This document shows, piece after piece, positions 25,106 to 34,920 of a DNA stretch of 39,085 nt (position 1 is the stretch's first letter; the number at the start of each line of letters is the position of its first letter). The notes under the pieces were generated by a model. That model had not been told where the DNA came from. It worked only from the letters and a program-made list of their open reading frames with translations, and did not search any database. The DNA is from a virus (taxonomy: Duplodnaviria > Caudoviricetes). Position numbers and translations under genes: made by a program. The stretch covers positions 1 through 39,085 of the IMG/VR virus record IMGVR_UViG_3300033232_000081. One strand, 5' to 3'.

Positions 25106-26236
25106 ATGACGACCACAGAACAACTTATGAAAGCGAAACCGCCGGCAGATGTAATTGCCGAACTAAAAGAATTTGAAGCATCAATGAAAATTCCGTTTGC
25201 CACCATTAAAACGGAATTCTATAATATCTTAATTCAGCCATACCTGTCCCAGTTCGAGAACACTGATGATAGGTGTCGTCAGGCGTCAAAAATTCTCCTG
25301 GCGCAATTTGCAGACAAATTATCATATCAAACTGCAGAAATGGAATTCAAGATAATTGACTTCACTAGTATCAAAACAAAAACTAAAGAAGTTGAAAAAG
25401 AAGACCCAATCACGCACCAGATGATAACTGCCATTGAAGAAAGACACATGGCGAAAATATTTGGAATATTTGCAGGTACCGGAGATGACAATGCTTACAC
25501 AACCAAACTAGGAATTGTAACCTGTTGGGATGATGCGTGTCAGGTTCTTCAAAATATTGAGCGTGATGGAACATACACAGGAAAATTCGGAATCAAAGAA
25601 TTCGATTCATTCTATGCATTATCGCTAAATGATTTCATAGAATTTGAACCCACAAAATTAGATATTCCGCCAATCAGGGATATGATTACAAACTTTTTCA
25701 CACCAGTATCAGTGAGTGAAGCAGAATATAATATGACGGACGGATTCAACGACTACAGACTGGTAAAAGGCAGAATTCAGTCATCTAAAATTGCCCTTTC
25801 AAAGAAAGGCAACAATTTAGGATACATAACATTGATTGATGATAATGCAACAATTCAGGAAATCAAATCTGAACAAGCATCAAAACTTTCAATCATGTTT
25901 AACGATTCACCAGAATTTGCCACAAGATTTTCAACTGGCTCTGAAATATATGTTCTAGTTCAACTTTCAACTAGTGAACAATATGGCATATCTGCGTTTG
26001 GACAATTGGTAATTCCCATTATTGGAATCCCAGGAAATTCTACATTGTCTGCCACAAAACCTATCCCTGCCCAACAGCCTGCAACACAAAATGCAATTCC
26101 TTCTGAGACACCAGTACAACAGCCAATCATTCCAACTGAAGGAATCCCTGAAGGGAACGCAAGCATATCGGAAAGCAATCCTACGCCCGAAACTAAAACA
26201 GAAATTCCAAAACCAGAAGAAATAGCAGGGTGGTAA
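25106..26236 (+). CDS. Putative ssDNA-binding protein (RPA-like, OB folds)
   Basis: GIVTCWDD and LVKGRI..SKKGNNLGYITLID OB-like segments; P/Q-rich disordered tail; replication operon context. Confidence 0.55.
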   Translation: MTTTEQLMKAKPPADVIAELKEFEASMKIPFATIKTEFYNILIQPYLSQFENTDDRCRQASKILLAQFADKLSYQTAEMEFKIIDFTSIKTKTKEVEKEDPITHQMITAIEERHMAKIFGIFAGTGDDNAYTTKLGIVTCWDDACQVLQNIERDGTYTGKFGIKEFDSFYALSLNDFIEFEPTKLDIPPIRDMITNFFTPVSVSEAEYNMTDGFNDYRLVKGRIQSSKIALSKKGNNLGYITLIDDNATIQEIKSEQASKLSIMFNDSPEFATRFSTGSEIYVLVQLSTSEQYGISAFGQLVIPIIGIPGNSTLSATKPIPAQQPATQNAIPSETPVQQPIIPTEGIPEGNASISESNPTPETKTEIPKPEEIAGW

Positions 26237-26270
26237 CTCACCCCTCTCTTTTAATATATAGGAGAAACTT

Positions 26271-27260
26271 ATGGCAATATCTGCAGCACCACAACAAAAG
26301 AAAACAAAGAAATCTAATATCCAGCCAATATCAGCATCCGACCTAAAATCATCGCCTGTATCTGTAGCAATGATTGGACCAGCGGGTTCTGGAAAATCAT
26401 ACACGGTAATATCCTTGATTGACCACCTAATCTCACTTGGTTTAACACCAGAAGAAATCCACATTGAATACATCGACCTTGATGCAGGACTCGTAGACAT
26501 ATTAAATCAAATATCCTTTCCTGAATCATACTTATCCTCGATAACATATACACTCTGCACTAACTTCTATGATGTAGAAGATGCAACAGAACAAGCATAT
26601 GCTCGACTAGAATCACACAAAGAACAATATGGATTAATGGGATGTTATATCTTTGTTGATAATATGGATAAAGCATGGGAATTTGCCCGCAATGATGTAT
26701 GTGAAGCGATTTATGGTATGACGATGACTGATAAAATGAAAGATGCGCGAGCATCACAAGAAAGGGCAAAACGTTCTGGAGCAAAAGGACAAGGTGTTTT
26801 CAATCAGCAACTTGACTACGCAATAATTAATCCGCTTCACAACGATTGGGCAGAATCATTCAAAACATGTGGTTACAACTTTGTATGGCTATCACCTTGG
26901 CACTATGTAGATGTCAAAGATGCAAATGATAAAGTAGCAGGAGTAGAAACAAGATTCGGTCAGAAAGCAAACGACCTTCGGGTATCATACATAATCAGAA
27001 AATACTTCGACGATAAACTAGTACGACGAGCCGACTTCATAAAGTCACGTTCAACACAAGCACTTCCAAAAGGACTTAAAGATGTATCATGGTCTGGACT
27101 ATTCTCAGAACTAGAAAAACTCGCATCAATTGAGCAACGAGAACGAGAATCAAAAATGCTAACTCGAACCTTTCCCACATTACCAACACAACCCACACCC
27201 GACGAAGTAAACACCCAAGTCGAAGTAGAAGTAATAACAACAAGCACAGACGATTGGTAA
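26271..27260 (+). CDS. RecA-superfamily (AAA_24/Sak4-like) ATPase
   Basis: GPAGSGKS, YIDLD, IFVDN; adjacent to the SSB-like gene. Confidence 0.7.
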   Translation: MAISAAPQQKKTKKSNIQPISASDLKSSPVSVAMIGPAGSGKSYTVISLIDHLISLGLTPEEIHIEYIDLDAGLVDILNQISFPESYLSSITYTLCTNFYDVEDATEQAYARLESHKEQYGLMGCYIFVDNMDKAWEFARNDVCEAIYGMTMTDKMKDARASQERAKRSGAKGQGVFNQQLDYAIINPLHNDWAESFKTCGYNFVWLSPWHYVDVKDANDKVAGVETRFGQKANDLRVSYIIRKYFDDKLVRRADFIKSRSTQALPKGLKDVSWSGLFSELEKLASIEQRERESKMLTRTFPTLPTQPTPDEVNTQVEVEVITTSTDDW

Positions 27261-27282
27261 TTATAAACTATGAGGTAAAACA

Positions 27283-28092
27283 ATGTTCACATTAAATACA
27301 ACAGCAGAACAATTAAAAGAAATGCTATCCTTGATGAGTCTTCCATCATCTAAATATGGACCGCTCTTCGACCCGATAGCACCAACCTTCACACCAGAAG
27401 GTCAAGCACATCTAATGACAAAAGATAAAGGAACTTTCCAGATATCAAAATTCTCATCCCTATCCCTATCAGGGATAGATGCACCAACAAAAATTCCACT
27501 TCGAGCGTCAAAAATACTTTCATATCTTGACCTCTACTCCGGAACTGATGCAATATCACTTATCTATGACGATATCCAAAAAGAAATCAGAATCATAGAC
27601 CTTGCTGAAGGAATCAAAGATGATGTCACTATCCCGTCAATCAACACAAAAGAAGTCTACACTACATTTGATGAACTTCCAATCATCCTCGATGATGATG
27701 AAAGACCACTCTTCAAGAAAGGCACATTGAAACCAGACATATTAATGACGCTTGATGTATCAATACTTCAGTCTCAAATTAAGAAAGCCGACAAAGTAAA
27801 TGTTGACCCGAGAATCTTCTATCTCGAATTCCTTGACAACAACAAACTCATTACAAAAGTTGGCGACCCTAACTCCCGAGACAAAGACCGAATCAAATCT
27901 GAGACCGAGGTCGTATCCATAACTAAACCCGCGGGCGAATGTAAATGTGCATATGCACTCGGATTCGAAGAAGTCATATCAAATATATTTGGACAAATTG
28001 AAATCGTCACTTTAAACGAAGGACCAATATGGATTGAATATTCGACCGAAACATCAAAATCATGTTATCTTCTTGCACCAGCCATATTATAG
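27283..28092 (+). CDS. pcn: PCNA-like sliding clamp
   Basis: 269 aa, two-domain size; C-terminal GPIWIEY...YLLAP; RFC subunits and PolB nearby. Confidence 0.75.
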   Translation: MFTLNTTAEQLKEMLSLMSLPSSKYGPLFDPIAPTFTPEGQAHLMTKDKGTFQISKFSSLSLSGIDAPTKIPLRASKILSYLDLYSGTDAISLIYDDIQKEIRIIDLAEGIKDDVTIPSINTKEVYTTFDELPIILDDDERPLFKKGTLKPDILMTLDVSILQSQIKKADKVNVDPRIFYLEFLDNNKLITKVGDPNSRDKDRIKSETEVVSITKPAGECKCAYALGFEEVISNIFGQIEIVTLNEGPIWIEYSTETSKSCYLLAPAIL

Positions 28093-28106
28093 AGATAGAG
28101 ATAACA

Positions 28107-28529
28107 ATGTTTGATACAATCGACATGGGGCGAATCAGAGTATCTGAAATTGCCCCATTAATCAAAGGAACCGATTTTGAATTCCTATACGGTGAGGCAA
28201 ACGATGGAATAGGATATTGCGCCTTCAAATATAATAATATACACCACCATACTATAGCAGTGACAGTAAGAACATCCCACAATACCTACATAAAAATAAA
28301 TCCAAAACTCATCAAAGGAAACCAAGAACGTTGTCTTGAACACGAAGTTGACCATAAACTAATACTAGCATTCAACTGGAACAAAACAAGAAGCATATAC
28401 CAAATCCCGAACCATCATATCCTTGATTGTATCAGTAGTATAACATCAACTGGCCATCTTGTATTCAGAAAATCTCTACTGGATTTCAAATTAGAAAATC
28501 TAAATGACAAAATTATTAAACTTCTCTAA
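28107..28529 (+). CDS. Hypothetical protein
   Basis: ORF in the operon, likely start ATG 28107. Confidence 0.55.
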   Translation: MFDTIDMGRIRVSEIAPLIKGTDFEFLYGEANDGIGYCAFKYNNIHHHTIAVTVRTSHNTYIKINPKLIKGNQERCLEHEVDHKLILAFNWNKTRSIYQIPNHHILDCISSITSTGHLVFRKSLLDFKLENLNDKIIKLL

Positions 28530-28534
28530 TAAAT

Positions 28535-29587
28535 ATGAAACCAATATTAAACTTTTTTGAAACGCCTCGCGCAATGGGCAATCCATTCCAGAAGATTGTT
28601 CATACACAAAAAGAAATAAATGAATTCATAGAATCCAATAACGGAAATAATCCCGTATTTACATCGCACAATTCTTATCCCACTTTTCAAAACAATGAAC
28701 CATATCAAGTAAACATTAACAAATTATTTATTGACCTTGATTCCAAAAAACCAGAAAATGCTCTCATTGATGCTAGAAAACTTGACCAATTTTGCATCGA
28801 TAACAATATTCCAAATTACTCTGCATTCTCTGGAGCAAAAGGATTTCACATCTATATCCTTCTAAGACCACAAACATACATAATATCACAATATCTAAAA
28901 GACGCCACAAAATCAATCCATATATGGCTAAAAAACAATCTCTCACTTAGAACTCTAGATTTAACTGCTGCGGAACCAAAACGACTATGTAGAGTCTGGT
29001 ACACAAAACATTCTATCCTAAATAAAAAAACAGGTAAACAAACACAGAACGACAACTATTGCTATCCACTAACACGTGAACAATTACATACATGGAATAT
29101 AAAAACAATCATAGAGCGCAGCAAACGACCTCAAATTATCGCGCCTACAAGGTTTTCTAACACCACCTCATATATAACCATTGACGAATTCATAACAAAA
29201 TTCGACATTAACACAAAAACCATCCTTGATAATCAATCTATAAATTTCATATCATCGATAATGCCATACAAACCAGTTACAGACGAATTCATAACAAAAA
29301 TACTTCCACGACCGTGCATCCATTCTCAAATAGTACACAATAATAATCCACCTCATTCAATTAGATTTGCGGCAGTAATACAACTCAAACAATTAGGATA
29401 CGACCGCAAATGGATATTTGATTTTTTCCAGGCGCGTAATTATATGGATTCACATAATAAATCCACCTGCGCATATCAAATAAATCATATCTTTGACCAC
29501 ACACCCGTATACAAACATCCAACCTGTGCTACACTTATAAAAGATGGTCTTTGTATTGGACAAAAGTGTAAAAAGTATTTTACATAA
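28535..29587 (+). CDS. Archaeo-eukaryotic primase, PriS catalytic domain fused to a PriL-CTD-like Fe-S domain
   Basis: FIDLD, FSGAKGFH, RLCRV; C-terminal RPCI..HSIRF..PTC..LC..KC. Confidence 0.85.
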   Translation: MKPILNFFETPRAMGNPFQKIVHTQKEINEFIESNNGNNPVFTSHNSYPTFQNNEPYQVNINKLFIDLDSKKPENALIDARKLDQFCIDNNIPNYSAFSGAKGFHIYILLRPQTYIISQYLKDATKSIHIWLKNNLSLRTLDLTAAEPKRLCRVWYTKHSILNKKTGKQTQNDNYCYPLTREQLHTWNIKTIIERSKRPQIIAPTRFSNTTSYITIDEFITKFDINTKTILDNQSINFISSIMPYKPVTDEFITKILPRPCIHSQIVHNNNPPHSIRFAAVIQLKQLGYDRKWIFDFFQARNYMDSHNKSTCAYQINHIFDHTPVYKHPTCATLIKDGLCIGQKCKKYFT

Positions 29588-29594
29588 TTAAATA

Positions 29595-29654
29595 ACCAAA
29601 AGTTATTTATACCTATAAAACAATATAGTATTGTAAGTAAAATGACTTACAATA
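29595..29654 (+). promoter_or_regulatory. BRE/TATA promoter cassette, copy 3, with TATTGTAAGT-N6-ACTTACAATA palindrome
   Basis: 24 bp identical to 23091-23114; downstream ATATAGTATTGTAAGTAA shared with the 22164 cassette. Confidence 0.7.
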
Positions 29655-29696
29655 AAGGAATAAACAAAATGATTCAATATTTAGGAGAGATTTAAA

Positions 29697-29897
29697 ATGC
29701 AAAACGCTAAGAATTATAGAAATAAACAAATAGAAAGATATACAGGATTTAGTAAACATGGTTTAGTTATGGAACTAATCGGTCATTCTGGGACAAATGA
29801 ATATAGAAAACTTATGAATAAAAATAAAAAAGAACTTGTTAATCTTACTGTAGATAAACATATTGAAGAAATAAAATATATTAAAAATCAAAATTAA
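29697..29897 (+). CDS. Hypothetical basic protein (66 aa)
   Basis: AGGAG SD, behind a promoter cassette. Confidence 0.55.
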   Translation: MQNAKNYRNKQIERYTGFSKHGLVMELIGHSGTNEYRKLMNKNKKELVNLTVDKHIEEIKYIKNQN

Positions 29898-30003
29898 CCA
29901 TTCTAAAGAACGGCGACAGAGCGTTGATCGAAGTGGTCTGCAAGGATTGCGGCAGCCCTCTTTTTTATAACGGGGCATAAACATAACCAACAGAGGAAAT
30001 AAT

Positions 30004-30354
30004 ATGAAATTACAACGAAAACTATCAAACGGAGATTGGAGTAATATTGAGGAAAACAATGTTGACCAGTTTTTAACCTGGGCAATAAATTTTGAAAACG
30101 ACATGGCAGTAAGATTGAATACTCCTAAAATGACCAGAGAAGAGTATATAGAAAAATTACAGTCAGGCGGAAAACTTAATTGGGATTGTGATTGGTATGC
30201 ACAGATACGGGATGCAGATGCAATTAAACCAGTCGTGGAAAAAACCGTTGAAATGGTCAAATGCTCATGCGGACATACTGTATCAAAAATATCAGTGATG
30301 CATGCTAGCCTGGGTACATCTTGCCCAGACTGTTACGATAAATTGTCTTATTAA
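30004..30354 (+). CDS. Hypothetical protein with C-terminal zinc finger
   Basis: CSCGH...CPDCYD. Confidence 0.65.
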   Translation: MKLQRKLSNGDWSNIEENNVDQFLTWAINFENDMAVRLNTPKMTREEYIEKLQSGGKLNWDCDWYAQIRDADAIKPVVEKTVEMVKCSCGHTVSKISVMHASLGTSCPDCYDKLSY

Positions 30355-30368
30355 AAAGGAAGTTTAAA

Positions 30369-30650
30369 ATGCCAAGAATTGTTAATATAAATAATGAACA
30401 CGGTTCATTAATATCCTGTCCGAAATGTGGAAACCATACCACATTTAAAGCATTATCTGAACAGATTGATAAAGATACTGATGTGGTTTGGGTTGAATGT
30501 GGCGTATGTGGATTCGACCCAACCGAAAACAAAACAAGTTATAGATTAAAAGATGTTTTCGGTGGTACGACTGATAATAATGTTTTTGCTGCATTACAGT
30601 GCTGGACCGAGGCTATAATAGAATCAGACAAATTTAAGGTGAAATTATGA
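30369..30650 (+). CDS. Zinc-ribbon protein
   Basis: CPKCGN...CGVCG. Confidence 0.65.
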   Translation: MPRIVNINNEHGSLISCPKCGNHTTFKALSEQIDKDTDVVWVECGVCGFDPTENKTSYRLKDVFGGTTDNNVFAALQCWTEAIIESDKFKVKL

Positions 30651-31255
30651 TAAGGATTGACTCAAGAGAGGATGGTGCCACAATTGTGGCATTTAAAAAT
30701 GCGTGTCATAAAATAAAAATTGATACTCTGGAATCTGGGGATATTGTTCAAGGCGAATATGCCATCGAACATAAGAAACCTGCAGACTTCTGGCAATCAC
30801 TAAACGATGGTCGTCTCTTTTCTCAAATTGAAAAGATGAGCCTAAATTTCAAAGCCTTTGCGATTGTAGTATCAGGAAATCCCGAAGATATTTTATATAA
30901 TAATGTGGGAATTGGTGCAATATCTTCATGTATAGTTAGAGGAGCGCCCATAATTTTCTGCAAGAATTTGTCTACTACCGTTAAGGTGTCACTAGCATTA
31001 TTAGAAAAATGGAACGACGGAAAGAATAGAAATTTTAATCCGTCAATTAACAAGAAATTAACCAAGGATGCGCAACTCAACATCATTACTGGAATTCCAA
31101 ATATAAGCGAAGTCGTCGGTAACACATTACTAAATCATTTCGGTTCTATCAGGGATATTTGCAATGCCTCGATTGATGAGTTGAAAGCGGTTCATGGTGT
31201 TGGAGATGTAATAGCAGTGAAGATATTCAACTCCCTTAATTCTCCGAGATGGTAA
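30647..31255 (+). CDS. XPF/Hef (ERCC4) structure-specific nuclease with tandem HhH
   Basis: IDSRE, LESGD, IEHKK..DF..S..DGRL..Q; GIPNI and VHGVG HhH motifs. Confidence 0.9.
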   Translation: MIRIDSREDGATIVAFKNACHKIKIDTLESGDIVQGEYAIEHKKPADFWQSLNDGRLFSQIEKMSLNFKAFAIVVSGNPEDILYNNVGIGAISSCIVRGAPIIFCKNLSTTVKVSLALLEKWNDGKNRNFNPSINKKLTKDAQLNIITGIPNISEVVGNTLLNHFGSIRDICNASIDELKAVHGVGDVIAVKIFNSLNSPRW

Positions 31256-31256
31256 C

Positions 31257-31463
31257 ATGAGTAGAAAACCTGAAATGTGGACTGACGAGGAATTGAAAAT
31301 ATTAAAAATAGAATATCCGTGGGAAGACATCCCACAATTAGCAAATAAACTCAATAAAAGTGTTTATGCAATCAAAAATAAATCCAGCAACCTAAGTATA
31401 TTTCGATATCCTCTAAATCTTAGAAGAGGAATTAAATCAGGTGAATTAAATGAAAATGTTTGA
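31257..31463 (+). CDS. Small HTH (Myb/SANT-like) DNA-binding protein
   Basis: WTDEELKILK..Y...LANKLNKSVYAIKNK. Confidence 0.7.
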   Translation: MSRKPEMWTDEELKILKIEYPWEDIPQLANKLNKSVYAIKNKSSNLSIFRYPLNLRRGIKSGELNENV

Positions 31464-32397
31464 AAACATAGATGAGAAATATAAACCAACAAGGATATGT
31501 GATATTGTTGGACAGCCACACGTCACGAGGAGAGCACAAAACTATATTAATAAAGGTCAAATGGGACATCTTCTCCTTGCCGGACCGCCTGGGACTGGCA
31601 AAACATCGTTAGTTCATGCTCTCGCCCATGAGTTTTATGGTATACATTGGCAAAAAAACTTGTCTACATTTAATGCGAGCAAAAATCGTGGAATCGAATT
31701 CATAAGAGGAACTATTGCAGACCTCACATCAATCGAACCCATCGGAGCTGCATTTCAAATTATCTTCCTTGACGAAGCAGACTCATTGACTCCAGATGCG
31801 CAAGGGGCTCTCCGAGAAATTATGCAGGCACACACAGCAACAACAAAATTCATTTTAGGTTGCAACTACATAAATAAACTTATTGACCCTATCCAAGACA
31901 GATGTAGAATATTCCGGTTTCGACGTCTTCCTCCAGAAGCCATAGAACAAAAATTAATAGAAATTGCTAAACTTGAAAAAGCATCTTTTACACCGGAAGC
32001 ATTATCATGGATAGGTTCTCATTCAAACGGCTCTCTTCGAACTGCAATAAATCACCTATCAACATATATACAAGAAAGCGAAACTATCACTCTTGACATG
32101 GTCCAGGACGATATGCCAATAGTAGACAACACCGATTCAAAAGCAATCCTTGATGCTGCACTTCGAGGCGACATCAAAACATATGAAGAGCGCCTATTCA
32201 TGCTCTATTACGACAACGGATTTGCATCAGAAGAAATTCTCGATAGCATACTATCCTTGATAGATACATACAATTTCACAGCAGCACAACGAAAATCGCT
32301 AATCTATCTAATCGGAGAATATAACTGGCGTATTTCTCAAGGTAGTAACGAACTACTTCAAATGCGATGTTTCTTAAGACTACTGGAGACAATATGA
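31450..32397 (+). CDS. rfcS: Replication factor C small subunit (clamp loader)
   Basis: EKYKP, GPPGTGKT, NASKNRGI, FLDEADSLTPDAQGALR, IQDRC. Confidence 0.95.
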   Translation: MKMFENIDEKYKPTRICDIVGQPHVTRRAQNYINKGQMGHLLLAGPPGTGKTSLVHALAHEFYGIHWQKNLSTFNASKNRGIEFIRGTIADLTSIEPIGAAFQIIFLDEADSLTPDAQGALREIMQAHTATTKFILGCNYINKLIDPIQDRCRIFRFRRLPPEAIEQKLIEIAKLEKASFTPEALSWIGSHSNGSLRTAINHLSTYIQESETITLDMVQDDMPIVDNTDSKAILDAALRGDIKTYEERLFMLYYDNGFASEEILDSILSLIDTYNFTAAQRKSLIYLIGEYNWRISQGSNELLQMRCFLRLLETI

Positions 32398-32597
32398 AAT
32401 CTAAAATAAAAATAATAAATAATAAATGTGATGGATTATATAGTTTCTATTGTTGTGGAATAAACTACGGATATTTTTGTAATCAGAAAAGCGCCGAAAA
32501 TGCTGCAATAAATATGAAGCACGATGATAAATTACCAATAATTATTTCATTAGGATTTATAGAACATAAGAAATTTATTACGACAATTTGGGTGTAA
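32394..32597 (+). CDS. Small hypothetical protein
   Basis: AT-rich ORF, GGAG SD, ATGA overlap with the rfcS stop. Confidence 0.45.
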   Translation: MKSKIKIINNKCDGLYSFYCCGINYGYFCNQKSAENAAINMKHDDKLPIIISLGFIEHKKFITTIWV

Positions 32598-32599
32598 CA

Positions 32600-34873
32600 A
32601 TGAATATACCAATAATAGCAGAATCAAAAGTAATCAATAATCGTCAATATATTAGTATATGGAATGAAGGTAAAGAATCATTAATTGACCCACCTTTCCT
32701 CCCGTACATACTCGTAAAGAAACAAGTTAAACTTACTGTCGAGCCAGCACTAGTTGAACAAATAACTGTAAAACCTCTCTCCACACTAAAAGAAGAAAAG
32801 TGGTATAAATATTCATTTCCGAATACAGAATACTTGAAGAGCATAAATAAAAGTATTCTTCAATCTCGTTTTGATATGGCAAAAATTCAAAAATTGTTCG
32901 CTGAAACAAAAATAGAATTTCGAGAACGCATTCTAATTGACCAACCAGATTGGTTTAAACAATTTCCACAAATAAAAAATCCTGCACCATTCTGGTTTGA
33001 TATTGAAACAGCCACAAAAGACGGTGCAGACCTTCAAAAAGTGATATCGATTGCATATGCTGGACCTGACAGAATAATTCATTCAAAACAAATATCATAT
33101 ACTGCCCCAGATTCAGACGAAAAAGAACTCATAATGTGGTTCTTCCAAGCCATCAAGGATATTGACCCTGACATTATTGCCGGATATTATATGAAAGATT
33201 TTGATTTTACATATCTATTTAATCGTTCTGTTCAACTCGGAATTAATTATCAGACTATTGCTAGAAATAATTCTGTAATCTACTACAATGAAGGGAAATA
33301 TATAAAAATGAAAGTGGGTGGTAGAATCCTATACGATATCCTTGATAGCGTCAAGGGCGACCAAACACTATTCGGCATCAAAAGTAGAGGATTAAAATCA
33401 TTTGCAAAGTGGATGAAATTTGAAAACGTAATAGAAGAAGATACATCTAGTACAATCGATATTCCACTCGATAAATTAAAAGAATACAATGAATCCGATG
33501 TGCTTCAAACTATGAGAGCATATGATATATATTTCAACAACATAATTACTCAGGCTGAAATGTTCGGAGTTCCTCTCAACATGATTATGGAATCCACATC
33601 ATCATTTCTAGCAAATATATTTCAAGGTGTTGGAATTCATAAACGAGGTATAATTAGTAATGGTACTAATTCTCATAGACACCCAGAAATATTTGCCCGT
33701 AGCGGTGAAAAAGATTCAAAATATCAAGCAGCATATGTAGACATCTATAAAACAGGACACTTCGAAAAAGTCTGGAAAATAGATTATAAAGGACTGTATA
33801 ATTCAATTGAAATTACTGCTAACATATCCCCAGATACAACCCGCATTGTTCGATATGAACCATTCAATGCTAATGGATTCAAATTCGAGAAAATCAATGA
33901 TACAATTCTATATCATATCCCAGATACAAATATAAATAAAGTTGTGGTCATCGAAGTTGATAATAGTTTTGATGGATTACTAAGAGTCGAATTAAAAAAG
34001 ATTCGTGATGCAAGAACAGAAATTAAAAAGCAAATGAAAACTTGTACACCAGAAGAATTGCCTCGACTAGAATCACAACAGTGGAATTATAAAGTGCTCG
34101 CTAATATCCCATCTGGATATAACGGAACATCGTTTTGCCAGTGGGGCGACATCTCGGTATCCATTCTAACCGTTGGGATTGGAAGAGTTCTTATCAAGGA
34201 TACGCTTGAACATATCGCAAAAATATATGGAGATATATCGATTGAAGTTGATACCGATGGTGTCTATACCAGCGCCTGGGTGGACGTTAACTACCTGAAT
34301 AAATATCTAGAAAATCGAGTAAAAGAATTATTTGGGGTAACCAATGAACTTGAACTAGAATTGGAAGAGTTTAATCAAGGATATTTTATAAAAATGAAAA
34401 ACTACATCCTATATTCAACTAAAGGCGACCTCATCATACATGGAGCCGCACTAAAATCAAGCAGACAACCACACTGTTTTGACAAATCTCTAGAACTATT
34501 AGCAAAAACTGTTCTACTTCAAAATACATCAATCAAGGATACAATTCAGACAATCCTCGATATTGATAATTATTCTAGAAAAGATTTGGTACTTAGGACC
34601 ACATTAAATAAGCCACCATCGCAGTATTCAGCATCTTCATTCTGGGGAAAACTTATAACACAAGCAGAAAATCTTAATATGCCTATGAAAGAAGGTACTC
34701 AAATTGAATACATAAAATGTACATACGGATATCAACTCACCCGCACCGTACAATCAAAGCGCGAAGTAGATACAACCTATTATCAGACATTGCTAAAGCG
34801 CCTAATCACAAATTTTGGACTAGAAAAAGAATTGCTAGAAAAGAATACTCAAACATTAGATGAGTGGGTATAA
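32600..34873 (+). CDS. polB: Family B DNA polymerase
   Basis: ExoI FDIE, ExoII FDFTYL, ExoIII YNESD; polymerase motifs DYKGLYNS, KVLAN..SGY, DTDG, KNY; C-terminal QTLDEW PIP box. Confidence 0.95.
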   Translation: MNIPIIAESKVINNRQYISIWNEGKESLIDPPFLPYILVKKQVKLTVEPALVEQITVKPLSTLKEEKWYKYSFPNTEYLKSINKSILQSRFDMAKIQKLFAETKIEFRERILIDQPDWFKQFPQIKNPAPFWFDIETATKDGADLQKVISIAYAGPDRIIHSKQISYTAPDSDEKELIMWFFQAIKDIDPDIIAGYYMKDFDFTYLFNRSVQLGINYQTIARNNSVIYYNEGKYIKMKVGGRILYDILDSVKGDQTLFGIKSRGLKSFAKWMKFENVIEEDTSSTIDIPLDKLKEYNESDVLQTMRAYDIYFNNIITQAEMFGVPLNMIMESTSSFLANIFQGVGIHKRGIISNGTNSHRHPEIFARSGEKDSKYQAAYVDIYKTGHFEKVWKIDYKGLYNSIEITANISPDTTRIVRYEPFNANGFKFEKINDTILYHIPDTNINKVVVIEVDNSFDGLLRVELKKIRDARTEIKKQMKTCTPEELPRLESQQWNYKVLANIPSGYNGTSFCQWGDISVSILTVGIGRVLIKDTLEHIAKIYGDISIEVDTDGVYTSAWVDVNYLNKYLENRVKELFGVTNELELELEEFNQGYFIKMKNYILYSTKGDLIIHGAALKSSRQPHCFDKSLELLAKTVLLQNTSIKDTIQTILDIDNYSRKDLVLRTTLNKPPSQYSASSFWGKLITQAENLNMPMKEGTQIEYIKCTYGYQLTRTVQSKREVDTTYYQTLLKRLITNFGLEKELLEKNTQTLDEWV

Positions 34874-34880
34874 TTTTAAA

Positions 34881-34896
34881 CCAAAAAGTATTTAAT
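34881..34896 (+). promoter_or_regulatory. BRE/TATA-like promoter upstream of the MTase
   Basis: CCAAAAAG-TATTTAAT. Confidence 0.45.
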
Positions 34897-34920
34897 GTTT
34901 TAAAATAATATAAGATAACT

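Noticed and set aside
29905-29967. GC-richer intergenic stretch ending in a T-run as a ribozyme
   Set aside because: No hammerhead core (CTGATGA/GAAA) or other recognisable catalytic motif; at most a terminator
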